NCBI GenBank assembly: GCA_965227775.1
Contig: OZ245777.1
Location: forward strand, 1,888,001-1,952,000
Direction of reading: 5' to 3'
Length of the DNA: 64,000 nucleotides
Source: Phycisphaerales bacterium
GTDB taxonomy: Bacteria > Planctomycetota > Phycisphaerae > Phycisphaerales > UBA1924
Below the pieces are notes generated by a model, which was not told the DNA's origin, did no database searches, and saw only the letters and a list, made by a program, of their open reading frames with translations. A program made the position numbers and the translations under genes. Below, in pieces: positions 55,983 through 64,000 of the stretch. The stretch's first letter is position 1; each line of letters starts with the position of its first letter.

Positions 55983-57329
55983 TCAGTCTTCACCATCAGT
56001 GGATTGGGTTGCGCCAGAGTCGCGGTCATCGACAGCTTCTGATCCGGCTCTAGAACGGCGAGCCTGCGCTTCCTCTCGCTCCAATTCTTTCTCACCTGGC
56101 AGTTTGAGAATGGCCCGCCAGTACTTCGACTTGAGTGGCTCGGAAAATTCTCGAGGCTTGAAAGGGTCCGACAGCGCGTGGTCCGCAAGGTCCATACGAA
56201 GAAAGGGAATGGAACTATCTGGTAGAACAACCTTGATCAGGTTCCGCACACCTTGAAGACTAGAGGTAGCAGCAGCTTCGCTGGGAGGCTCGCCTTGGTG
56301 GGAGAGGTCGTTCCTTGCCTTGCGAGCCGCAGACAATGCGGAGAGCGTGGGGAGATCAATGATGCCCTTTTGAAACAGCATCTCGATTCTCGTCGCAGCC
56401 GACCAAGTACGCGTGTCGTTCAACTGTTCTCTTCGGGACTTGCTTCGATCGGTCAGGCGAGTCGGCTCTACAATTTCACGATGCCACAACGCTTCCAGCA
56501 GTTGTTCAGTGGCGATCCAGAGATTCGATAGAGCCGTACCAAAGTCGCGCCTTGCTAATCCGGTGGCACCCTTTAAGAGGTACTCACCGCGCAGTGGTTC
56601 GAGCTTGTGCAATGCTTGAAGTCCGACCTGCATCGCAGAGTAGAGCTCTCCGAATCTCACGATTCGCGGCTCGTCAAGTTGAATCGAATCGAATGCGGAA
56701 GCCGTCTGCTGTCGAATCGACCTATGAAAGCGGTTTGGAGCGGCCATGCCAGTATGGTGGCTGCGTACGTATTTCCAATCGATGATTGAACCGAGATCCA
56801 AGCCGTCTGGGTTGATGGACTCGCAGTACACGCCGCCCAGCAGCAAGCCGCACAAGCACTTGTTGAAGAACTGGACTGCCGCGCTGTCGTCCTGTAGCTC
56901 CGGCAGTGGGGGCAGCACCAGTCCACCATCACGGCAGACCACCATGTGATACGGATGATCAAGTCCGACATCAAGTCCGCTGACGACTTCGTGCAGCCCA
57001 ACGTAATCCCAGTTCCCTGAGTTGATCTCGTCGATGGTTGCTGACCAGGGTGCTGTGGCATCATCTGCCTCGACGATGCGAAACGGACTCAGGTATGTCA
57101 TGAGAACGTGAACTCGGCGAGGAAACGAGCTGTCTGGGGTCGGGTATGCCATGTCATCCAAGGTATGACGGCCATCAGTCTCAAAGGAGTCAAATGTCAA
57201 TCGAAACGTGTCGTTTCTCGGCGAGTTGTCACCGGAGCGGGCATACCTTGCTATCGCCTCCTGTCGCACCTGCACCCGGAGTTTGACGTAGCTATCAAAC
57301 GAACCCCAGTGGCGTGGCAGCACAATCAA
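55983..57329 (-). CDS. hypothetical protein with C-terminal HEPN-like RX4H motif
   Basis: 448-aa ORF in visibly more AT-rich DNA. LW.ATEQLL helix and ARKARNDLSHQG (R-X4-H). The TTG start is uncertain. Confidence 0.6.
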   Translation of the reverse strand: MIVLPRHWGSFDSYVKLRVQVRQEAIARYARSGDNSPRNDTFRLTFDSFETDGRHTLDDMAYPTPDSSFPRRVHVLMTYLSPFRIVEADDATAPWSATIDEINSGNWDYVGLHEVVSGLDVGLDHPYHMVVCRDGGLVLPPLPELQDDSAAVQFFNKCLCGLLLGGVYCESINPDGLDLGSIIDWKYVRSHHTGMAAPNRFHRSIRQQTASAFDSIQLDEPRIVRFGELYSAMQVGLQALHKLEPLRGEYLLKGATGLARRDFGTALSNLWIATEQLLEALWHREIVEPTRLTDRSKSRREQLNDTRTWSAATRIEMLFQKGIIDLPTLSALSAARKARNDLSHQGEPPSEAAATSSLQGVRNLIKVVLPDSSIPFLRMDLADHALSDPFKPREFSEPLKSKYWRAILKLPGEKELEREEAQARRSRAGSEAVDDRDSGATQSTDGED

Positions 57330-57371
57330 GTGGCTGCTGACAGCGTCAGGGCCGTCTCATGAGCTTCAGGA

Positions 57372-57560
57372 ACGACTTCCGACCGCCCGAGAACGCCCGC
57401 CGATCGCACGCCAGCGGCCCACGGGTCGTCGAAAACCACCGCCGACCGCACGAAGACGATTCCCGACCGACCGGAAACGACCGCCGACCGCCCGAAACTG
57501 GCTCCCGACCGCTCGGAAGCGACTCCCGACCGCACGGAAATCATTGCCGACCGGTCGTCA
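57372..57560. repeat. degenerate tandem array of nine 21-bp units with conserved CCGACCG core
   Basis: Units start at 57372, 57393, 57414, 57435, 57456, 57477, 57498, 57519 and 57540, e.g. acgacttccgaccgcccgaga, accaccgccgaccgcacgaag, gcgactcccgaccgcacggaa. Confidence 0.85.
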
Positions 57561-57688
57561 GCCATTTTTCCGCTGGTCCGATCACGCCTGACCGTGTGGC
57601 CATGGCCGTGGAGGCTTCCACCTAGCTAGTTCGACCGGTCGGCCGCTCGCGCGGATGCCTGCGCGAGAGTTCGCTGTGACCCGGCCAA

Positions 57689-59701
57689 TCATCGCACCCA
57701 TTGATCGAAGCGAATCGCCGTCGGACTGCGGCTGGCGTCGTACACCTCGAGCAGTGCGTTCCGGTCACGATCAAAGTACATCTCTGGGAGGAAGGGCCCG
57801 CTCGGCCGTGAGGCCTGGAAGTATCGGCGGGTCATGTCCGAGGCATTGAGGAGGCCGAGTCGATCTGCCTCGCGCGTCGCTTCCTTGCCAATCAGTGCAA
57901 GCAGCCCCGGTGAAAGTTCATGAGCGATCAAAGCCTCGTCCATTGCCACCCGGTCGTAGAACTGCCTGAGGTCCAGAGAGTCTGCAGCGATGGAGTACAC
58001 GAGCGCTGCCGAATTGTTTCTTTCATCCAATTCCTCGATGGCATTGCGTGCATCGGCTATGACGAGAAACTCGTCCGGGATACCGATGATGTGCACGAAA
58101 CCGAGCTCAAGCTCGAGCGGAGCTTCTTGTCCGGCCTGGAGGACTTCAACGCGTTCGGTGTGGATGATCTCGCCGTTGCGAGTCACACGAAGCTCGACCG
58201 TACGCTCCGCAGGCTCCGGCCCGATGTTGCGGACGTTCCCGATGACTCCGGCGACGTCGGCATCGGTGTCGAACGTTACCGAGTCGATCGACAGCAGGTA
58301 ATCGGGTTTGAAGTAGGCCCGATCGATTACGACTCGCCGGACGTTGTTGGATCGATCGACGTCGTGGATCGATGTGTCGTTGCCATCGGCAAAGAAGTAC
58401 GCATTCGTGGCCCAGATCGGAATGCCATCCCGATTGACCGGGATATCGATCTCGAACTCGTAAACGATGCTCTGCCCGGGCACCAGAATCGGAGTCATGC
58501 GTTCTTGTTGGGACTTCACCGAAGTATCCGTCCACATGTCGTCATATAGGGCCACGATGTCGCACGGAGGAGACCATCCGGCCGATACGTTGGTCACCTC
58601 GAGCAGATAGGTAAGCGTCCTCCATCGATACCACCCGGCTGGGACGCCCTTGTCATTTCCTTCAGGCAACTCCTCGTAGTGATCGGTGTACGGCTTGGCG
58701 ACTTCCAGGCGGGTGATCGCGAGGTCCGTCGTTGTCGAGAGAGTACGAGTTGCAATATTGTTTCGTTCGTCGACTTCCAGCAAGAGGTCATCGCTATCGG
58801 CTTCAACGGTGAGGTCAAAGCGGCCGTCGTCACCCACCGAGTAGTTCGGCAGCGTGAAGTCGAACGTGTACTGTCTGTCGGCACCGCCTCCCAACGGATC
58901 AACTTGCGTAGTCGCAACTAGGTCGCCGTCGATTCTCCATTCCAGACTCGTCAAGGGGTTTTGATCTCGATTCGAGAGGGGGCGAGTGCCGGCAGGGCCC
59001 GACCATTCATTCTCGTTGGACACGGTCACTTCCACGCGGAAGTTTGACGTGTCTCCAACAATCGTTGACGCGTGAGAGCGAACGACAACGCTCAGGTCAG
59101 GACGGATGGCTAGGTGCTCGGCTGCCACGCCAATCGTTGCCGCAGCGGTCCGCGGGTTGGCCGGGTTAGTGTCGCCACCAGTTGCGCCATGTCCCTGAAC
59201 ACCATCGGCTTGATGCATGACTTCATGTGCCAGTGTCCCGATCAGAAGCGGCATCATGAGATCTCGACCGCCCTGAGCGAGCCCATCGATATTGTCCATG
59301 CATAGGAGCACCCGGTTGCCCGTGTCAGGCAGCACAAAGTCGTTTGAGGGCCAGCTGCAACGTCCCATGTGCCCGGGGTCGCGTCGACAGTATGCTCGTT
59401 CGCAGTTGATTACGACGCGATTGAGTTCTCGTGTCCAGCGGGAGCGACGACGTTCCGAAATGTCTGAGTACTGACTTGGGTTGGCTGGGTCGAATTCAAG
59501 CTCTCGTAGGATCAGAGACTTGTGCTGGTACAGAAACGCGTATGCGTCTCGGAGCCGTTGTTCGTCTTCCGGCGTTATTCGCTCTTCGCACGAGTTGCGA
59601 ATGCTCAGGCTCTGGCCAGCGCACATGGTGCTCATCAGAACGAACCAAACGCCTAGAGCGGTAGAGACTAAGGCCCGATGGATTTCGTGGTGCCGCGTCA
59701 C
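57689..59701 (-). CDS. secreted protein with N-terminal HExxH zincin-like domain and three CARDB-like domains
   Basis: Signal-like N-terminus and TLAHEVMH. Repeats PDL.V...V.VTV.N...AD....EVDERNN, DVDRSNN and ELDERNN. Confidence 0.8.
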   Translation of the reverse strand: MTRHHEIHRALVSTALGVWFVLMSTMCAGQSLSIRNSCEERITPEDEQRLRDAYAFLYQHKSLILRELEFDPANPSQYSDISERRRSRWTRELNRVVINCERAYCRRDPGHMGRCSWPSNDFVLPDTGNRVLLCMDNIDGLAQGGRDLMMPLLIGTLAHEVMHQADGVQGHGATGGDTNPANPRTAAATIGVAAEHLAIRPDLSVVVRSHASTIVGDTSNFRVEVTVSNENEWSGPAGTRPLSNRDQNPLTSLEWRIDGDLVATTQVDPLGGGADRQYTFDFTLPNYSVGDDGRFDLTVEADSDDLLLEVDERNNIATRTLSTTTDLAITRLEVAKPYTDHYEELPEGNDKGVPAGWYRWRTLTYLLEVTNVSAGWSPPCDIVALYDDMWTDTSVKSQQERMTPILVPGQSIVYEFEIDIPVNRDGIPIWATNAYFFADGNDTSIHDVDRSNNVRRVVIDRAYFKPDYLLSIDSVTFDTDADVAGVIGNVRNIGPEPAERTVELRVTRNGEIIHTERVEVLQAGQEAPLELELGFVHIIGIPDEFLVIADARNAIEELDERNNSAALVYSIAADSLDLRQFYDRVAMDEALIAHELSPGLLALIGKEATREADRLGLLNASDMTRRYFQASRPSGPFLPEMYFDRDRNALLEVYDASRSPTAIRFDQWVR

Positions 59702-60021
59702 TGTGATCCCCCATTTGTGGTCTCTATGCTAAACAAGGTAACTGTGTTCTCTCAGGCAGCGTACGGCAAAACGGCCCGTTCTAGCTGTGAAACTCCCGGA
59801 TGGTGCGTCCGCCGGCTAAGGCGGCGTCAAGGTCTGTATGTGGGGCGCGTGGAGAGACGTAGGTGATCGATCTATCCAGCGCTGTCTGCTTATCATATCC
59901 GCGACCAGCAAGGCGACCTAAGACGCCGTCTCGATAGTCGACGAGTCCATCGAGAAGACCGTTGCCACTCCTGCGAGCGCCCACGCGAGCGCACACCCCG
60001 CGGCACGTGGACACCCGCCCA

Positions 60022-60060
60022 CACAACAACACCGCCCCGCCTGTAGAACAGACGGGGCGG
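60022..60060 (-). terminator. terminator downstream of the PEP-CTERM-like gene
   Basis: CCGCCCCG.CTG..CAG.CGGGGCGG stem followed by TGTTGTTGT on the minus strand. Confidence 0.55.
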
Positions 60061-60091
60061 CGGATGCGTGACGATCTGCCGGAGCCGACGC

Positions 60092-60622
60092 TTAGCGGCG
60101 GCGACGCGTGGCGGCCAGGCCGCCAAGGCCGAGCAGCGCGAGCGTGGCGGGCGCGGGGATGATCGCGCGGTCGTACGCGAAGGCGCCGCCGCTGCCACCC
60201 GAGCCCCACTCGGTGAACATGATGTCGACGTAGGCGTCCTCGGCCTCGAGGTAGAGGACGGCCTCGACGTCAACGGTGCCGGGGGGGAAGCTGCCGTGGG
60301 CGTTCTCCCAGGTGTCGAAGTCGCCGATGCCGATGGCGCCGTCGATCACGTCCTGGACCGTGCCGCCGAAGAACCACTGAGTGCCCAGCGGCGAGACGAA
60401 GTCTTCGTACGTGCCCTCTTGCAGGATGTTGTAGATGCCCTGGCGGTCGCCGCGGGTGATCGCGACCGTATCGGTGATCATGTCCTGGTTGGCCGGGTCG
60501 GTCGGGTCGGCGAACGCGGCCTTCGAGAAGCTGAGCGTTCCGTCCGACGCCTGGAAGAACTGCTGGGCGCTTGCTGATGCCGCCACGGCGGCAACGCCCG
60601 TTGCACAAATCAATACTCGCAT
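60092..60622 (-). CDS. secreted protein with PEP-CTERM-like (IPAP) exosortase sorting signal
   Basis: GAGGAG RBS and signal peptide (ASA). C-terminus IPAPATLALLGLGGLAATRRRR is motif plus TM plus basic tail. Confidence 0.9.
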   Translation of the reverse strand: MRVLICATGVAAVAASASAQQFFQASDGTLSFSKAAFADPTDPANQDMITDTVAITRGDRQGIYNILQEGTYEDFVSPLGTQWFFGGTVQDVIDGAIGIGDFDTWENAHGSFPPGTVDVEAVLYLEAEDAYVDIMFTEWGSGGSGGAFAYDRAIIPAPATLALLGLGGLAATRRRR

Positions 60623-60967
60623 GTCGTATCTCCTCATCCCACCGGCCTACGCCGATCGCGCACGCTGCGGACCTGTGCGAGCGGAGGCGGTAAGACGCCT
60701 CATGGTACCCGAAAAACCCGGCTGCGGATGCATGGAATGCCCGCAAACGCAAGGGTGTGCGGGGTTCTTTCGGATGTTATCCGGGCGTGTTGCGTGCTTT
60801 GGTACGCAGTGCCCGGGAGTGCGACCGGCCACGGGCTGGAGATCGATTAGAACGAGCCGCGTCGCGGCGGCGGGCCCAGCGTTCAGAACGGGCCTCGGTC
60901 TGTCCGGTTCTTGCTCAGCACCGAGCCGCAACCCCGCGTGATGTTCCAACGTCTGGTGGCATTCCAA

Positions 60968-61717
60968 TCAGGTGAGCAATGGTGTTGCCGAGCGCCCGCA
61001 CTCGGGGCAGTTCGTGATGCCCTCGCCGGGTTCGTAGCCGCATCCGATGCACTTGCCGCGACGGCGTCGTCGGCGGCGACGCAGCGCGAGCAGGCCGAGG
61101 CGCATCGAGGCGAGCAGAACGAGTGCGGGCGTGGTATAGAAGAGCAAATTGCCGAGCACGCCGGGCCAGATGGGGCGGTACGGGATGTCGACGTATCGCC
61201 GCCCGATCTTCACAGGCATCAGCCCGATCAACTCGTGCGTGCGGCCCACGCTCGTTCCCGTCGGGAACCCATAGATCTCGCGGCCTTGCGCCGCGAAGAG
61301 TGGCCAGCCCGCGCGGAGATACAGCGGATTGGTCTCGTACCCCGGATCGGGCACGCGTGCCATCGCGGGGCGCGGGTCGTCCTCCGGACCGATGTCCACC
61401 GGCATCGGGCCTGACCACATGTGGTCTGCCATCGCCTGGGTGAGTTCTCTCGGATACGGGGCGAACGGACCCGGGTCCCAATGCCAGCACTCCACGCCCC
61501 TCTCGGCGAAGCACATGACCGATTCGAACCGATCCCCGTGATCGATCTCGGCGGACCATGCGACCGGCTGGAAGCCCAGCACGAATTGCCACCTCGCATA
61601 CCTGTACGACGCCTCGTCCACGCTTGCCGCCGTCGCCAGCAGTCCGAGCGCCAAACTCGCGAGCACGAGCCACACGGGCAGCACACGGCGTGTTTGTTTG
61701 AGGCAGCGTCGTGGCAT
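60968..61717 (-). CDS. membrane protein with C-terminal zinc ribbon
   Basis: Two TM segments, GWP, IPYRPIWPG..GN, poly-Arg and CIGCGY...CPECG. Confidence 0.8.
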   Translation of the reverse strand: MPRRCLKQTRRVLPVWLVLASLALGLLATAASVDEASYRYARWQFVLGFQPVAWSAEIDHGDRFESVMCFAERGVECWHWDPGPFAPYPRELTQAMADHMWSGPMPVDIGPEDDPRPAMARVPDPGYETNPLYLRAGWPLFAAQGREIYGFPTGTSVGRTHELIGLMPVKIGRRYVDIPYRPIWPGVLGNLLFYTTPALVLLASMRLGLLALRRRRRRRRGKCIGCGYEPGEGITNCPECGRSATPLLT

Positions 61718-61723
61718 CGGTGC

Positions 61724-61969
61724 TCAGCTCGTTTCGTCCAGAGCCGAACGCAAGGCACGCCCGCACTCGGGCCTGGAGGTGTTGGTGCCAAGAGACACGG
61801 CGAGATGTCCGCACGGACCGCAGAGCAGGATCGCCCAGCCGGACCTACGCAGTACCCGGCGCACGCGGATGGCCCGTGGTCGCAGGCCAATTGCCGCGAT
61901 GACGATCCACGCCGCGGCCAGTCCGATCGGGCCGAGAGCGATCCAGCGGATGATCGGCTCGCATGGCAA
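61724..61969 (-). pseudogene. truncated or degenerate zinc-ribbon membrane protein
   Basis: One TM helix, Arg-rich stretch and CGPCGH...RPECG. The third Cys is lost relative to the neighbours. Confidence 0.4.
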
Positions 61970-62011
61970 GGCTTACTCCCCGATGCTGCACACTGAAGAT
62001 GCGCCGGCGGG

Positions 62012-62617
62012 CTATGCCGGTCGATCGCTCGCCAGATTCGCCGCACTGAGCGTCGCACACTCGGGGCAGATGGCAAGCGGCCCGGCCGTCGCGGGCACCT
62101 GGCTCATGTCGTAGCCGCAGCCGGGGCAGCCGCCCTCGTTGCCGACCTTCCACGCGGCGGCGCACTTCGGGCACGTTGTCAGCCCGTCGGCGTCCGGTGG
62201 CGTCGTCAGCATCCACGCGGCGCACGCGGGGCACTGTCCGCGGGCGGCGAACAACATGGCGGTCGCCTGACGTCCGTCGCCGATCCAGTGTGCGTTCGCG
62301 CGACGCTTGGCAACGTTCGAAGTCAGGATGGCCGCCAGGATGGCGACCAGCATCGGGATCCATATCAACGCGAAGCCCCGCCACGGGAGCCCGGATGCGG
62401 CCACCATCGCCATCGTCGCAAGCAGAACGGTGAGCAAGACCGACACCAACCATGCGGCGAAAGCGATCTGCAGCAGCCGGCGCGATCGCGGATCGAGTGC
62501 GATCTCGGGCCGGCGGAACGGCAGTATCGATGGTCGCAGTGAGAGGTCTGAAATGGGCTTGCGCGCGTTCCCACGACTGTCACGGATTGACACGTTCTCG
62601 GCGCGAGTCGGTCGCAT
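62012..62617 (-). CDS. two-TM membrane protein with double zinc ribbon
   Basis: CPACA...CPKCAAAW and CPGCGYD...CPECA. The true start is probably further downstream. Confidence 0.75.
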   Translation of the reverse strand: MRPTRAENVSIRDSRGNARKPISDLSLRPSILPFRRPEIALDPRSRRLLQIAFAAWLVSVLLTVLLATMAMVAASGLPWRGFALIWIPMLVAILAAILTSNVAKRRANAHWIGDGRQATAMLFAARGQCPACAAWMLTTPPDADGLTTCPKCAAAWKVGNEGGCPGCGYDMSQVPATAGPLAICPECATLSAANLASDRPA

Positions 62618-62653
62618 GGAGCATCATTCCCGACCGGCGGCGGCGACGCCCGA

Positions 62654-63979
62654 CTATGGGCAGCCCGCCACAAACTGGTTCTGATACTCGAGGAAGTCGA
62701 GGATGGTCAACTCGCCATCGCCATCGAGGTCGGCACGCAGGTCGCCCAGGTCGAAGCGGTTACTGAACTCGAGAAAGTCGAAGAGATCGAGCGAGCCGTC
62801 GCAGTCGATGTCGGCTGGGCAGGGGTTGATGCAGATGCCAAGGGGATTGCTCAGGGCGTCCTGCAAGTCCGAGTGCGTGACCGCAGTGCCACTATTGGAG
62901 CCACCCGAGCTCGAGCAGCCGCCGTGGGTGTGCACGCCGATAGCCAGGCCGGTCGTGTCATCGATGACCGGCGATCCGCTGTTTCCGCTGGTCGTGTCCA
63001 TGGCGTAACGCAGACGCGAGCCTGTGAATTCGACGAACGGCCCGGTGTGCGTCTTCTGTGCACGGAACCAGGTCGGGTCGACGCCTGAGCCCGTGACGCC
63101 GTGCCCGGTGACGCGAATGTCCTGGCCGGTCACCGGAGGAATGCTCGCGGCCAGCTCGAATGCGTCGCCCTGGGCCTCGAAAGGCGTGAGCCCGGTGTTG
63201 GGGTTGGCGAACGCGCCGCCGTAATACCAGTCACGCCCGACGCCGCTGGCGTCTTCTTGTTCACTCGTGCGATCGATGGCGTACTGGTGGTCGGGGTGGG
63301 GCATCACGGGCACGCCGCCGGGTGTCGACAGCGGGTTGTTGAAGTGGATCTGCGAGAAGCCGCAGTGGCCGGCGGCCAGCACGCACTTCATGCAGTCGTC
63401 GATGATCCACGCCGTGCAGTTTGCACTGCCGCTGGTGGTCCAGCCTCGTGCGACGCGTGGGTCGCTGGAGAGCATGCGGTCGTCGGTGGCGCCGCAGATG
63501 CTGTCGCCGCTGGCCCCACCGTGCGCCGGTGCGAGTGTGTACCCGGGCTGGACAAGGGTGCCGTCGATCTCGATGCTGCTCGGCTCGGCCATCGGATCGC
63601 TAAGGATCTCGACGCGGACGGCCTGCCCGTTAAAGAACGCGGACTCGTGCTGCCATTGCTGGACGTGGCGGGCCTCGAGGCGTTGCTCGGCGCCGTCGTG
63701 CAGGCCCGTCAGGCGGATGATTGTGGTGGGCCCTGCGTCGGGCGATTCGCCCAGAATGACCTGGCCGAAGTCGATGCGCAGCCACCCGGCCCCGGGGACG
63801 TCGACCGTGTGCTCAAAGATCGGCACGCGCCCCATCTCGTCGGCGGGCATGGCGTCGGGGTCGCCGCCCCACACCAGCCCGCTGTGCACGCCCACGGGCA
63901 CGAAGATCGGGTCGACGGGCTCCTGTGCCATCGCGGCGGCGGAGATCAGCAGGCACGGCAGCACGGTCTTTGGGCGCAT
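62654..63979 (-). CDS. secreted trypsin-like serine protease with GC-type dockerin-like tail
   Basis: AAGGAG RBS and signal peptide. Triad motifs LAAGHC, GRDW and DTTSGNSGSPV; GVHTHGGC. Tail CPADIDCDGSLDLFDFLEF...YQNQFVAGCP. Confidence 0.92.
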   Translation of the reverse strand: MRPKTVLPCLLISAAAMAQEPVDPIFVPVGVHSGLVWGGDPDAMPADEMGRVPIFEHTVDVPGAGWLRIDFGQVILGESPDAGPTTIIRLTGLHDGAEQRLEARHVQQWQHESAFFNGQAVRVEILSDPMAEPSSIEIDGTLVQPGYTLAPAHGGASGDSICGATDDRMLSSDPRVARGWTTSGSANCTAWIIDDCMKCVLAAGHCGFSQIHFNNPLSTPGGVPVMPHPDHQYAIDRTSEQEDASGVGRDWYYGGAFANPNTGLTPFEAQGDAFELAASIPPVTGQDIRVTGHGVTGSGVDPTWFRAQKTHTGPFVEFTGSRLRYAMDTTSGNSGSPVIDDTTGLAIGVHTHGGCSSSGGSNSGTAVTHSDLQDALSNPLGICINPCPADIDCDGSLDLFDFLEFSNRFDLGDLRADLDGDGELTILDFLEYQNQFVAGCP

Positions 63980-64000
63980 CCAAGGCTCCTTGCGCGAAAG

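Noticed and set aside
57372..57560. CRISPR array interpretation of the 21-bp repeats
   Set aside because: The conserved core is only 7 bp, the period of 21 bp is too short, and no cas genes are present.
59720..60030. Intergenic region with GC-rich partial palindromes and short ORFs (possible REP/MITE or small gene)
   Set aside because: No second copy in the window, no terminal inverted repeats or target duplication, and the ORFs lack coding features.

Overview
High-GC bacterial chromosomal window, most likely from a Phycisphaerales-type planctomycete. That placement is inferred from nine secreted proteins ending in a Cys-bounded 'GC-type' dockerin-like tail, a PEP-CTERM-like protein and CxxCGY..CPECG membrane proteins. 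Housekeeping and metabolic genes include a partial ricT/PSP1-family gene, prfB with a programmed frameshift, the rfbACDB operon, mrp/apbC and a cystathionine gamma-synthase/lyase. The window also holds an ECF sigma module, a peptide-type ABC transporter whose permeases carry unusual inserts, and a ~16 kb sulfated/acylated polysaccharide locus flanked by a bacterial GH56 (hyaluronidase-like) gene. A tandem array of dockerin-tailed proteins and a compositionally distinct islet (HEPN-motif ORF, 21-bp phased repeat array, zincin-CARDB protein) lie in the last third. No rRNA, tRNA, CRISPR array or transposase was recognised. Strongest leads: (1) two unannotated ~62-nt minus-strand units with identical architecture (promoter, anti-Shine-Dalgarno UCUCUCUCCUCC, intrinsic terminator), a candidate sRNA family; (2) the GH56-like enzyme beside a GAG-like sulfated polysaccharide pathway; (3) the modular dockerin-tail system; (4) a prfB shift site using UAA with no internal SD. 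All calls come from reading motifs by eye; no database searches were run.
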